A stretch of 64,000 nt of DNA from Utricularia gibba (GCA_002189035.1 NEEC01000019.1:2079093-2143092), one strand, 5' to 3'; counted from the first letter of the stretch, positions 52,101 through 63,939 are shown. Notes: generated by a model from the letters alone, not told the origin. Numbers and translations are program-made.

Positions 52101-55100
52101 TTTTCTTCTCCTTTGTAGGAAACTTACACCTTTAAATACCCGCGTCCAAAAAAACCAAAGTCACTCAGAATATACGAGTGTCATGTTGGAATGAGTAGTA
52201 CGGTATGTGTCTTTCCTCTCATGCGATTTACTGAAAGTTTTTGTCATTGATTTGTTAGCAGCTTCTCAGATGCTTCTTAAGTTGTTTCCAGCATTTCCAT
52301 GTTCAATGCATATGGGCAGCTTGTTTTGCTTTAAATAAACATTTCCTATTTAGTTTTGTAAAATATGTTGATATACATCTATATGTCTTCATCGTGAATC
52401 TTGTAATTCAGGAGCCCGTTATCAATACATATGCCAACTTTCGTGATGAAGTGCTTCCACGTATCAAGAAACTTGGCTACAATGCTGTTCAAATTATGGC
52501 AATTCAGGAGCATTCATATTATGCCAGTTTTGGGTAATTTATTTATTCATGAATATCATTTTTTTTTTGTTGGTCATGCTTGAGGTCTCATTCTTTTTTA
52601 TATGCATGCTACTCACACAGCTGTTATGCAGCTTGCCATTTTCTGCATAACAGGAAGAAAGCGAATTTTTACATTTCCTTGTCATATTTTTTTAGATCTT
52701 CCACGCTATATCTAGCTGCAAAAAGGAAAATCATTTTTATTGCATTTGGTGCAGTTACCATGTGACAAATTTCTTTGCGCCAAGCAGTCGCTTTGGGACT
52801 CCTGACGATCTTAAGTCATTAATTGATAGAGCGCATGAGATGGGCTTGGTTGTTCTCATGGACATTGTGCATAGGTTAGCATAATTTGAAAAATGGAAGC
52901 ATATTTTTGCTTCCCAATATTCACCTTTTTTGTGAATATTTTATGTGACTAATTTGTCATGTATCTAGCGAATGAATTAATGCTTTTGATATTTTCAGTC
53001 ATGCTTCAAACAACACTTTGGATGGCTTGAATATGTTTGATGGTACCGATAGCTGTTATTTTCATTCTGGACCACGGGGTTACCATTGGATATGGGATTC
53101 ACGGACTTTCAACTATGGACAATGGGAAGTATGTGCTTTACACACTGGATTTGAGGTTGTTCAACAAATTTTCATTATTACTGAATTTCGTAATTGCAGG
53201 TTCTAAGGTTTCTTCTCTCGAATACAAGATGGTGGTTGGAAGAATACAAGTTTGATGGTTTCAGATTTGATGGTGTTACATCTATGATGTATACACACCA
53301 TGGTTTGCAGGTATTAAATCCCTGTGCAGATGAAGTTTCAAGTTTCTTCTAACCACATCTGGTTGAAGATTGTATCCATGTCTACTGTTTGAACTTCGAG
53401 TTTGCAAAACAAAATTGTGCCTGCTGTAATATTTTCTTTGATTGTACAAAGATGGCATTTACGGGAAACTACAATGAGTACTTTGGATTTGCAACTGATG
53501 TTGACGCTGTAGTCTACCTGATGCTGGCCAATGATCTCATCCATGGGCTCTTTCCTGATGCTATAACAATTGGTGAAGATGTAAGCTTCAATGAGATTTT
53601 ATATATATAGCTCCTACCATTTGATGTTTTTTTAACTTGTTTATATCCATTACTGTTCAGAAACTTGTGACCAGGGTAACTAAATAACACTTGTAATCTC
53701 AGGTCAGCGGCATGCCAACCTTTTGTATTCCTGTTCAAGATGGCGGAGTTGGGTTTGATTTCCGTTTACACATGGCAATTGCAGACAAGTGGATCGAATT
53801 GCTCAAGTGCTGTCTCGTTTACTGTGATAATTAATACACCAGAAGCAATAACTAATATAATGAGATCATTTCTATTGCAGAAAGAGAGATGAGGATTGGA
53901 AAATGGGAGATATCGTGCACACTCTTACTAACAGAAGGTGGCTTGAAAAGTGTGTTGCTTATGCCGAAAGTCATGACCAGGCACTCGTTGGAGATAAAAC
54001 TATCGCATTCTGGTTGATGGACAAGGTAGCTTAGATATGTTACTCCAAACTAGACTACTCCTTGCTGATGGATCTTTTTCTAGGATATGTATGACTTCAT
54101 GTCATTGGATAGACCATCTACACCTGCCCTAGACCGTGGAATAGCCTTACACAAAATGATCAGGCTTATTACAATGGGTTTAGGTGGGGAAGGATACCTA
54201 AATTTCATGGGAAATGAATTCGGCCATCCAGGTATTGCATATTTTGCAAGATTCCAGAGCATCTCACACCAGTTTCCAGAAAGTGGTCGTACTCTGTCAA
54301 GAATGAATTGCCATTTGCTTCTTTATGTATCAGAGTGGATTGATTTTCCAAGAGCCGATCAGCGTCTTCCTGATGGCAGATTCATTCCTGGAAATAACAA
54401 TAGCTTTGATAAATGCAGGCGTAGATTTGATCTGGCAAGTTGTGATATTTGTGTTGTAGTTAGCTTTTTTTACTGTTACTGTTTACTCGGGGCTTTTTTT
54501 TATGTGTTTTCTTGTTGTCCATTCAGGGTGATGCACCTTATTTAAGGTATCATGGAATGCAAGAGTTCGACAGAGCAATGCAGTATCTCGAAGAAAAATA
54601 TAATGTGTGAATTTCAATATCTCAACTCAAGGAATAATTGTTGTTCAAGACTTCTGTTGGCACTCATATAACTTCTTCATGTATTTGTTCTTGCAACAGT
54701 TCATGACATCAGAACATCAGTACATATCAAAGAAGGATGAAGAAGATAGAATTATAGTGTTTGAAAGGGGCAACTTAGTTTTTGTGTTCAATTTCCATTG
54801 GAATAATAGCTATTCAGATTATCGTGTGGGCTGCTTAAAGCCTGGAAGATACGAGGTATGGCTTATATTAAGAAATCATCTCTGATTTGATCCAAAATTT
54901 TCACCATTCGCTTGCAGATTGTCATGGACTCAGATGATGCTCTTTTTGGAGGCTTTGGTAGAATCGGTCATGATGTAGAGTACTGCACCAGCGTAAGTGC
55001 CTGTAGGAGGTTCAAATGAAACTGCTGTATCATCTAACCGTTTTTTTGGTTACGGCATTAATCGTAGCTCATGTGTCTACATATTTGATTTAGAGTGTGG

Positions 55101-55216
55101 TCTCATGAATGAATGTGATGCGTGTACAGGAAGGGTGGTACAATGACCGGCCTCTGTCATTCATGGTTTATGCACCCTGTAGAACAGCAGTAGTGTATGC
55201 CTTGGCTGATGAATGA
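49105..55216 (+). CDS. SBE2: Starch branching enzyme class II, plastidial
   Basis: 22 exons, frame intact; MVYTL transit peptide, [78 protein letters not shown]; one GC-AG intron. Confidence 0.97.
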
Positions 55217-56311
55217 AGAGAGATAGCGAGAACTCTCTACTCGGGCCTCGCAGTCTGCATATCTGTCGTCGATGGTTGAACTCACTGTAGGGCGGCCAGC
55301 ACCTACAGAGAGGAATCAAATGAGGGGGATTCATTCTCCACATCCCCTCGTCGCAGGTTTTTGTTCAGACAGCCTTTTCCAACTCCATTTAAGTTCTGGT
55401 CTGGGGTGTCTCAAGTTGTCCTTGAATGTATCTCCGTATGCTTTCAAATAATGTGGCGACAGTTGGCCATTAGGGATTGAAGGTTTTGCGTATGATTTAG
55501 CTTCATCGAAGCCGCTGATTCCCTTGAACATGCTTGCAAAAAAAAAAAAAAAAAAAAACTACAGAAACAATGATTAATGGTGTCGTGATGAAGTGCATTG
55601 GTAGGATCAGCTCGTGAGCGGGTGGATCCTTGTGCATGTCCTAACGTCGGTAACCGAGGCCGCTGCGATACAACATTTCACTCTTCCCCTACAAGTAATG
55701 GTATCCCTATCATCATGGTCTCAACGCAACTGTGGTTATGTTTTGCATGCGTTCTTACTCTTATTCTTACAAAACATCATTATTTTTCATTTTACAGAAT
55801 CACAAAATAAAATTTTTATTAATGATATTTCAATGGAACATGGGTTACTTGTTAATTTTAGATTTTTATTCTTACTCTAACAAAATTACTTTCATAATAC
55901 TCCTTTTCCTTTGTTCATTTCAACTCATTTCTTCAAATTACTTTACTCGTTTTTCGTTTCTAGCATTTCTAGGTTAATCAATTCATCAGTTCGTTGGGAT
56001 ATTTTAATTGTTGCTGATTCATTTTTTTATTGTGTGAATTATTTTCATTTTTTATCAAGATGTTGATAGTCGTTCATAAAAATACCCACTCTTTATTTAT
56101 GTTTCACACACTAAGTACACAAAATTACGCACACCATGATTAATTTTTTAACATAACCTTCTAAAAGTGAGTATTTTTCAAAATCACCACATGTTTGAAT
56201 GGTTAATAAATATTGAATATTATGCCGGCCGGCCTATGCATTTAGGACCCTAAATGCAACAACTCGGAGCTTCTGGAGATAAGGTAGGTACACCATGCCC
56301 CTAGCCTGCTA

Positions 56312-56554
56312 CTACCTTATCTCTTTAATATCAGTCATCGATTGTTTTCTGGTGTGGGGTTTTTTGGGAACCGATGAAGAGCCGGAGAGGATGAGATCGG
56401 GAATGGGGTTTCCCGCTGCAGCAAGGCGCTGTTTGAGCTCGTTGAGAAGGGTCTGATTCTCCTCGTTCAGCATCCGCGCCTTCTTTTTAAGCCTCTCATT
56501 CTCGTGCATGATGTAGCAGTTTGACAAGTACAGCTTCGAGTTAAACTTCTCCAT
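56312..56554 (-). CDS. ZPR: LITTLE ZIPPER microprotein (ZPR3/ZPR4-like)
   Basis: MEKFNSKLYLSNCYIMHENERLKKKARMLNEENQTLLNELKQRL; ATG preceded by a TTGCAG acceptor (5'UTR intron). Confidence 0.9.
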   Translation of the reverse strand: MEKFNSKLYLSNCYIMHENERLKKKARMLNEENQTLLNELKQRLAAAGNPIPDLILSGSSSVPKKPHTRKQSMTDIKEIR

Positions 56555-57038
56555 ATCTGCAATAACAATTCCAAACAAACAAATAAGGATCCCATTCTCA
56601 ACTGCATATTAAGCTTCTGCTCACAAGAGCCTGAGGGATAAACTGGGGGTGACCAAATTGGAAAACAAATTCGGTACACGCGAATTTTTAAATAAGTGCG
56701 CTCTGAAAAACAATAAAGAGACCAAGCAAATATAATATAGAAGGTTCCATATTCAGAGAAATGAGAACAACGTTATTTTTCAAAAGACAGAGAAAACCCT
56801 CTGTCCAGAGGAAAATCTCAGGGTATGCATTTAGCACTGTTCAGAAGGCAGGGGAACCCAACTGCCGCCTTATCTTCTTCTATCTTTGTTGGGTTACAAA
56901 GAAGTATCACCTTTTCTAAGAGAAGGTGACGACCACCCGATCAACCGAAGGTGAATCAGTGGAAGCGTTAAATTTAAGTACAGGAGTGTGTGTGTGTCAT
57001 GTGATGATACAGGCGCGGAAGAGCAGGGGGTTGGCCTG

Positions 57039-57046
57039 TTTATATA
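57039..57046 (-). promoter_or_regulatory. TATA box of ZPR
   Basis: CTATATAAAC on minus strand, upstream of the 5'UTR exon. Confidence 0.6.
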
Positions 57047-60000
57047 GCGCATAAAGCTGGAATATCACATAGAACACGCGCACATGCACGGTGCTATTAT
57101 GTGTTTTAAGTACATACATATGCTTCATTGGATGCACTACCACGCCCACAGTTACAATTAGTGTCACATGGAGGACAAAAGAAGAGGAAGCGCAAGATGG
57201 AAAAAGGTGGGGAAATCTGCAAAATCATGCATGCGTACGCATGTAACGGAAGGGGGCGGGGATGTTCATGTTTTGGAAGTCCCACCTTTACTCTGTATGT
57301 CATGATGAGCCGTGGCTTTTTTTAGGAGAGAATGGTGGCCGTGAAGGGTGTTATCGGTGTTTCGTCATGCGCCTTAGTGTAGCCTCGGCAAGCGTCGGCC
57401 GGGCATAGTTCGGTAATGATGGTTCGTGTCGGTCGGAGCCAACAGAAGTGGGCCCTCCTAATGGATTCTTTTTTGTTTTATCCATCGACTATCTGGACGT
57501 CCACATTGCCTATATTTTTATCAGTTTTTTAATCGCATATTCAATCAAAAAATAAGTATAAAAAAATGGTGAGCTGCAAATCATTAGTTGGATCCCATCC
57601 ATTCCCCATTGTGTATTCAATACAGGAAAATGCGGTACCCCTGCCCTCTGTTAGTGATCCATTGTATTGTCATAATTCGATTGGATACGTTGCTTGTGCA
57701 TTGCTTAACACCGACTTAACTATTGATCCATCAGACAATCAGACAGGCTGAATACGTCTGCCCTCTCCTGTTGATTAATGATACGCCGTGATTTCTCGTT
57801 ATACTTCCCATATGAAACTTCTCTCCACAAGATCGATCGATGTCCATGCAATTGCTCTGCCCCTGCCTTGTGTGAGCGGTGGCGTTTATGCCAGCTCACT
57901 AGTGTTTTGGGTAAAAATATCAGAGGAAACGGAAAAGAAGTCGTGAGTTGAGCATGCCATTTATCATGCTCGCCTTTTGGAAATAATTCACATCCATTGC
58001 GTTGCCAGCACCATCATCACTATCAACGTGACCAAAGCAAGGCTGTTGGAAGGATGTGCTTTAAACGGAAGCGATGGGAAGGGAATGAGGACATAACACG
58101 TATAACTAACTGGAGTCTGTTGATAATGTATGGGTTAAATGTCTCATGAAATCACTAAAGAGGTGCTATCCCCTTCACAGCCTCCATTTGATTGAAGCCT
58201 ATTTATACTTTTCATTTTAATTCCCCTATCTTATATTGTTTGGTAGCTATAAATCTACAGTTTTTATTTAATTGAATCATTGAAAAAATAATAGTTTATG
58301 TCATTATTTTCTCTTTCACTTCAATTCTTTAAATTCAAATTAGGATCATCACTCCCATTATCATTTTCACTTGATACTTCATCTATATAATATACTTCAT
58401 TAATTCACATGTCATCAATACCATAATCGTTATTAATATCCTTAATATGATTATTATATTGTAAAATATCCATTATAATTTCAATATTATTTTGCAATTC
58501 TTTTCATCGTTTTTGCAGCAGAAATTTGTTAAGATTTTGGGCCTGTTCCATGTACATAATTTATGAATTAATTCTGTTTAATTTTTTAAAATTCTAATCT
58601 TTAACAATTATATAATAAAATAAAAATTATGATTGTATGATTAAATTGAAAAATTATTGAATTTATTAAATGTCTTTTTTAATGATTAAAAATTAATTAA
58701 AATTTTTTATTTTAAGGATAGGAGCATTATGATTATGTCTAATTGCACCTTCCCCAATTACGACACGTTGTTCTATTTCCCATCATTTAAATGGAGGAAG
58801 TTGGGAACATTTCTATTCTTCTTCATACAAATTCTTCAAACTCTATGACACTCTTGTGAGGCTTCTGGAAATTTTGAATTTCCAGTTCTAAGGATTTTTG
58901 TTCTTTATTTTTCAATCCCCATATTTCCTCGAGGCATTCTCAATTCCTTCCTAGCATTCATCTTATGGTGCCTCAATATATATATTTTTATTTTTTTTAA
59001 TGTAATTTAAAAATATATTTATCTTATAATATTACATTATTAAATATATAAATATAAATATAAATATATTCTATTTTATTAAAAAATATAATAATCTATA
59101 AAAATAGTTTTAAAATCTTAAAATTAATTTTATTTTAAAAAATTCGAAGCATGATTTTACACAGCAATCGTTACATAACACACCCTTCTTTTGGCCTTTG
59201 GTTGCAAACATTTCGTTATTCAGTTCTATCTCCAGTTGTTTGAATTTCATTTGATTGGTATTGCTAGGTGTTACAGGGAATTGTGTTGGTGTTGTCAGTT
59301 ACTCCAACCACATTGGGTGTTCATGCATTCTCTGTTCGTGAAATGCTTGCGGCTGCGTTTTTATTTAAAATTGAGTTATTAGTGAAATGCACATTTCTTC
59401 TTCCACTGCGTTACTAATTTCTTGCTCTACTATCTATGTCAGATTTTCTGCCGGAAACAATTTCAGTCCATGGTGATTTTTCTGATGCGCGCTGTCGTTT
59501 ATCGTGTGAAACTAGTTTTCGATTGAGATTCTCTTACCTATGGCGCAGTTGATATTCTCTTACCTATGCCTCTATCCTTCATTTTTTCTTTTCTCTTATG
59601 TATATATATATTTCTCAATTTGGTTGTTCCATCTTAACAACATTAGAAAATGCGTTTTCCGTTCCTTCAAAACCACACAATTTCTTCGTTTTCTTTTAAC
59701 TGTGCAGGGACTGTACGGATTCATAATATGTCAACATCACTGAAAATGACGAAAGAACAAAGCACTAGTGGGTCGACTCACGGGACATTAAATATTTATG
59801 AAATTTTAGTTAATGCCTACATTGTTTTATAAACCAAGATTCAATCATGTTAAATCACTTTGATTTATGAGCGGTTTTAGATAATGGTTACATTAAGTTT
59901 CAATTGTTTTAAAATTAAAAATTCTAATTATAATTTACTCAAATTCAACTATAATTTAATTATGATAATATTTTTAAAAAAAATTGTGAAAAAAAATATG

Positions 60001-60082
60001 AATCATGGTTTAATCCTTACAACTATGAAACCTTAGTTTTTTTTCACAAATTAAAACATGGAATTGCTAAAAAAAAAAAAAC

Positions 60083-60174
60083 GTTCTTGGTGAATGTGAG
60101 ATGCGTGCGTTTGATGTATTAAAAAAATGTTCTTGGTGAATGTGAGATGCGTGGCGTTAGATGTATTAAAAAAA
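60083..60174 (+). repeat. Tandem duplication of a ~46-bp unit in the CYP72A promoter
   Basis: GTTCTTGGTGAATGTGAGATGCGTG(G)CGTT(T/A)GATGTATTAAAAAAA twice. Confidence 0.92.
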
Positions 60175-60255
60175 CGAATCTGTGAGGTAGCGAGTTCGGC
60201 CACGCAACCGTCTATTTATTGAAGACAAGCGTCCTGCTGATTGCAGATAAAAGAG

Positions 60256-62133
60256 ATGTCGAATTTTGCGATAGTCTCCTTGCTCACCCTGTTCCTGGTG
60301 TGGTTATGGCAAGTTTTCAAGTTCACTTGGCTGGAGCCAAAGCGCGTGGAGGCGCTGCTTCGGAAGCAAGGCTTCAAGGGAAACAAATACAAGTTCTTGT
60401 TCGGAGACACTGAAGAGATCAAACAGATGTACGCCGACGCTCACTCCAAGCCTCTCGGACTCAAATCTGACGTCGTCCCTCGAGTCATGCCTTTTGTTCT
60501 GAAAACAATCAACAAATATGGCAAGCTTTTTACCTGAAAACATTTGCTTTTTTTGAAATTTCGCTCTGGAGTGAGTGATGTCGTTCTTTTATTTCTTTTT
60601 GGTGTTGTCCTAACAACACACGCAGGCAAGAACTCGTTCGGATGGATCGGAGTGAGGCCGAGAGTCTACATATCAGACGCTGATCTTATGAGGGAAGCTT
60701 TGACGAAGCATATGAATTTCCAGAAGAATTTCAGGGTCACCAACAAGGTATACAAGCTTCTCGTTGGTGGAATTGTGGAGTTCGAGGAGGAAAAATGGTC
60801 CCGTCATCGAACCAAACTGAACCCAGCTTTTCACCTCGACCGCCTTAAGGTGCTCTGTTCTTCTATCCAATCATGATCAAAATTGAGTGATAGGGTTAAC
60901 TTAACAACAACGACTGATTGCAGCATATGTGCCCAATAGTAGTTTCTTGCTGCGAAGACATTCTCTCTGACTGGAAGAAGAAGATGAAAGACGGGTCTGG
61001 CGTCGTTGACATTTTCCACTACCTCGAGGCCTACACCGGGTCAGCCGTGACGAGAGCTCTCTTCTCCCATCCATACGACGCAGAGATGAAGAACTGTTTC
61101 CATCTTCTCAGAGACCTCTCCCTCATGGCCAACATCGCCGTTAGGACCTTCGATATTCCGGGAACAGGGTAAGCAAACTTGGCATATGCAATAATAGAAG
61201 CAAAATAGCGGCTGACATTTACTTTTTCGCTTTTAGGCTGCTGCCGACACCGTTGCACAGAAAGGCGAAGAAAATGGAAGCTGAGGTGAGGGCAAGTTTC
61301 AGAAGGATGATTGACGAAAGGATAGCGAAGAGAAGAGGAGGAATATTTGACGGTAAGGGAGACTTGTTTGATCTTTTCATAGACGACTTGTATGACGAGA
61401 GCAGATCCAAGGAGGCTGATGTCGCCGGAATCATCGACGACGCCATCGGCAATTGCAAGCTCATGTACTTCGCCGGCTACGAAACGACATCAAATCTCCT
61501 TGTCTGGACCATGGTGAATCTCGCCATTTACCCTGAATGGCAGGATCGTGCCAGAGAAGAAGTTTACCGCGTCATCGGGAGGAAGAAAAAAATCCAGCCT
61601 GATGAAGTCAGCCAGCTCAAAATCGTGAGTTTCTAATTCAATGTGATAGCATAATATAGCCCCAAATCGCGAGATTGTTGTAGTTGGCTTCTGATGGTGC
61701 AGATTAACATGATTCTCCACGAAGTGCTACGTCTCTTCCCGCCGATATTTGAGCTTTCCCGCGTGGTGGAGGAAGACACGAAACTGGGTCCTTATGTAAT
61801 TCCAAAGGGGATACTGATCCAGCTTCCAATTGCGATGCTTCATCGTCAGAAGGAGATTTGGGGGAAGACGCGGGAGAGTTTAAGCCTGAGAGATTTGCAG
61901 AGGGGATTCTTAAGGCGGCGAACGGGCAAGCTGCACTGATGCCGTTTGGATGGGGCCCGAGGATTTGCTTAGGACAGAACTTCGCTATGATGGAGTCAAA
62001 GATATTTGTGGCAACGCTGCTTCAAACCTTCCGATGGGAGTTTTCGCCGGAGTACATCCACGCGCCTTACGCTGCTTTTACAATTCAGCCCCAGCACGGT
62101 GCACCCCTTATCCTCCATGAAATTGAAGCCTGA
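60256..62133 (+). CDS. CYP72A: Cytochrome P450 CYP72A subfamily (one apparent frameshift at 61860-61864)
   Basis: 5 exons; LRKQGFKGNKYKFLFGD, YFAGYETTS, PEWQDRAREEV, EVLR, KPERF, FGWGPRICLG; intron 1 is GC-AG. Confidence 0.93.
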
Positions 62134-62973
62134 ATGCAATTTGATTCAACAGCACTTCACCCGCATGTGGCGCTGTGCTGCATTTTCTGTATTTTCTGTG
62201 TTGCTCAGCCCTCAGGTGAAGCTTTTTCAACATCAAAAGGGAATAAACTATGACTGGTAACATTTAGTGATGGAGGCAAAGCTTTTGTCGGTGGCACAAA
62301 TGAAGGGATCGAAGAGTTTAAGAAAATAATGAAAGATCAGGGTTAAGAAACAGTACTCCTGATTCGAACGTCTTCATTTTCTACGACCATAAATTCCGTA
62401 TAATCATACTTTGGAGAAAGGTTGCTGCCAATTAAGTTAGACCATGTAATCCCAACTTGTGGAGCTTTGAGAAGAAGTAGATTACATATTATTAGGCTCT
62501 TAGAAAAGCCCTGGTCATATAACCCTTGTCGAGTGGAATTTTTGGTATATACCACCTTATCAGGCCGATTCATATCTCCCTTAAGCATTTCAAATGGTTG
62601 ATTTCAATGCATAGATTTTGCAAAAGCTGTTTATAAGGAAGTATGGTTATCTTCGACCTAAGTAGCTCTGGATGAGTCAAATTCTAAGCCAAGTTATGCG
62701 AATATTGAGAGGTCCGATCTATGGAAGGATGTCGAAGTCAACACGATTGAGATGATCGCCCTACTGCCGTGTAGATCAATCCAAGCCAATGCTGAATTCG
62801 GCAGAGTCAACCATTCAGACTTTTCAACTCATTGATTCATTCAACTCTGGAGGGTGGGAAGTTTCATTCTCAGGGATGAAATGTGCGTGATGCTTGTGAA
62901 TATGCCTATATATAGAATAAAACCTCATCCGGGCATGAACATAAGCAGATTTCTGAGCAACAACTTCCAGGAG

Positions 62974-63464
62974 ATGGAAAGATACGAACAGGAAATTGAA
63001 TCGCAAGCCGTGGATGAGCTAACCAAGATTCTTGTCGAGTGCCTGGGGAGGATGGATGTCAAACGCCGAGAAGTTCTACTCAGGAAATTCTTCCAGGAGA
63101 TTGAGAAGGATTCTCCATTGGAATCTTTCCTTGTAGACAGGATCAAGTACTCGAAAATAATATGTCTTTTGCAGCAGCAGCGGCGGCCGCACCTGAAGGA
63201 GGAAGATACCAATCAACACCGGTTCTCCGGCAAACAACCCGGACGGGAACTTGGGGGCTTCCCGGCGGAGATGGCGCCGACAGAATGGAAAGATTTCAGG
63301 GTGCGAGTTTCATCATCAAAAAGGAAGGCGACGGAGTATCTGTAAGCCGGGACCTGGGGGAGGTTCCCGGCGGAAATGGCGGGGCCAGAATGGAGAGATT
63401 TAAAGTAAAAAATTTTATAGTAAAAGAGGAAGAAGACGACAGCGGAATATCGGTTCCTGAGTGA
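62974..63464 (+). CDS. Orphan intronless ORF (~163 aa after one-G repair) with internal tandem repeat
   Basis: TATATATA at 62907-62914; two overlapping ORFs join if G5 at 63253-63257 is G6; the repeat is conserved in the repaired frame; start may be 62935 or 62974. Confidence 0.55.
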
Positions 63465-63780
63465 CGGAAGAACGTTTGATTTCTCTACTCCCTCCCTCCC
63501 TCCTTGGAGACGTAATTAGGCTTCCATTTCAGTGCGTGAGCCCAAGAAATTTTCCATGTTTTTCAACAGCCCATTCGTTCATTGCTCTATATTTTCCATA
63601 TTATACTGTACACATTTCGTAAAAATGAAGGTTGTTAATGTTATGGCCCTAAAATATTCAATATTTGAAAAAGACCAGCCTTCAACCTCAACAATGCATA
63701 AGAAAAAAAGAATTTGGAATTCATCAACAAGGATTAAGAAGCTTCAATATTTAGGTGGTAATTGATCTACAGTACCACGC

Positions 63781-63939
63781 TTTAGAATGCAAGATGTAGG
63801 GTACATGGTTCACAAGGGTTTTAGGGTTCTAGGATTAAGGGTTCAGGGTTCTAGGGTTCAGGTTTGAGGGTTGAGGGTTCAGGATTTAGGGTTGAGGGTT
63901 GAGGCTTGAGGGATCATTATGGTTCATGGTTCATTATGG
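63781..63939 (+). repeat. Degenerate/variant telomeric repeat zone
   Basis: TGTAGGG, TTCAGGG, TTCTAGGG, TTCAGG, TTGAGGG, TTGAGG, TTCATGG, TTCATTATGG units. Confidence 0.9.

Noticed and set aside
62340-62850. Kinase-like fragment (RP..MSQI...IL.G) between CYP72A and the orphan
   Set aside because: Few residues, interrupted by stops, no other kinase subdomains
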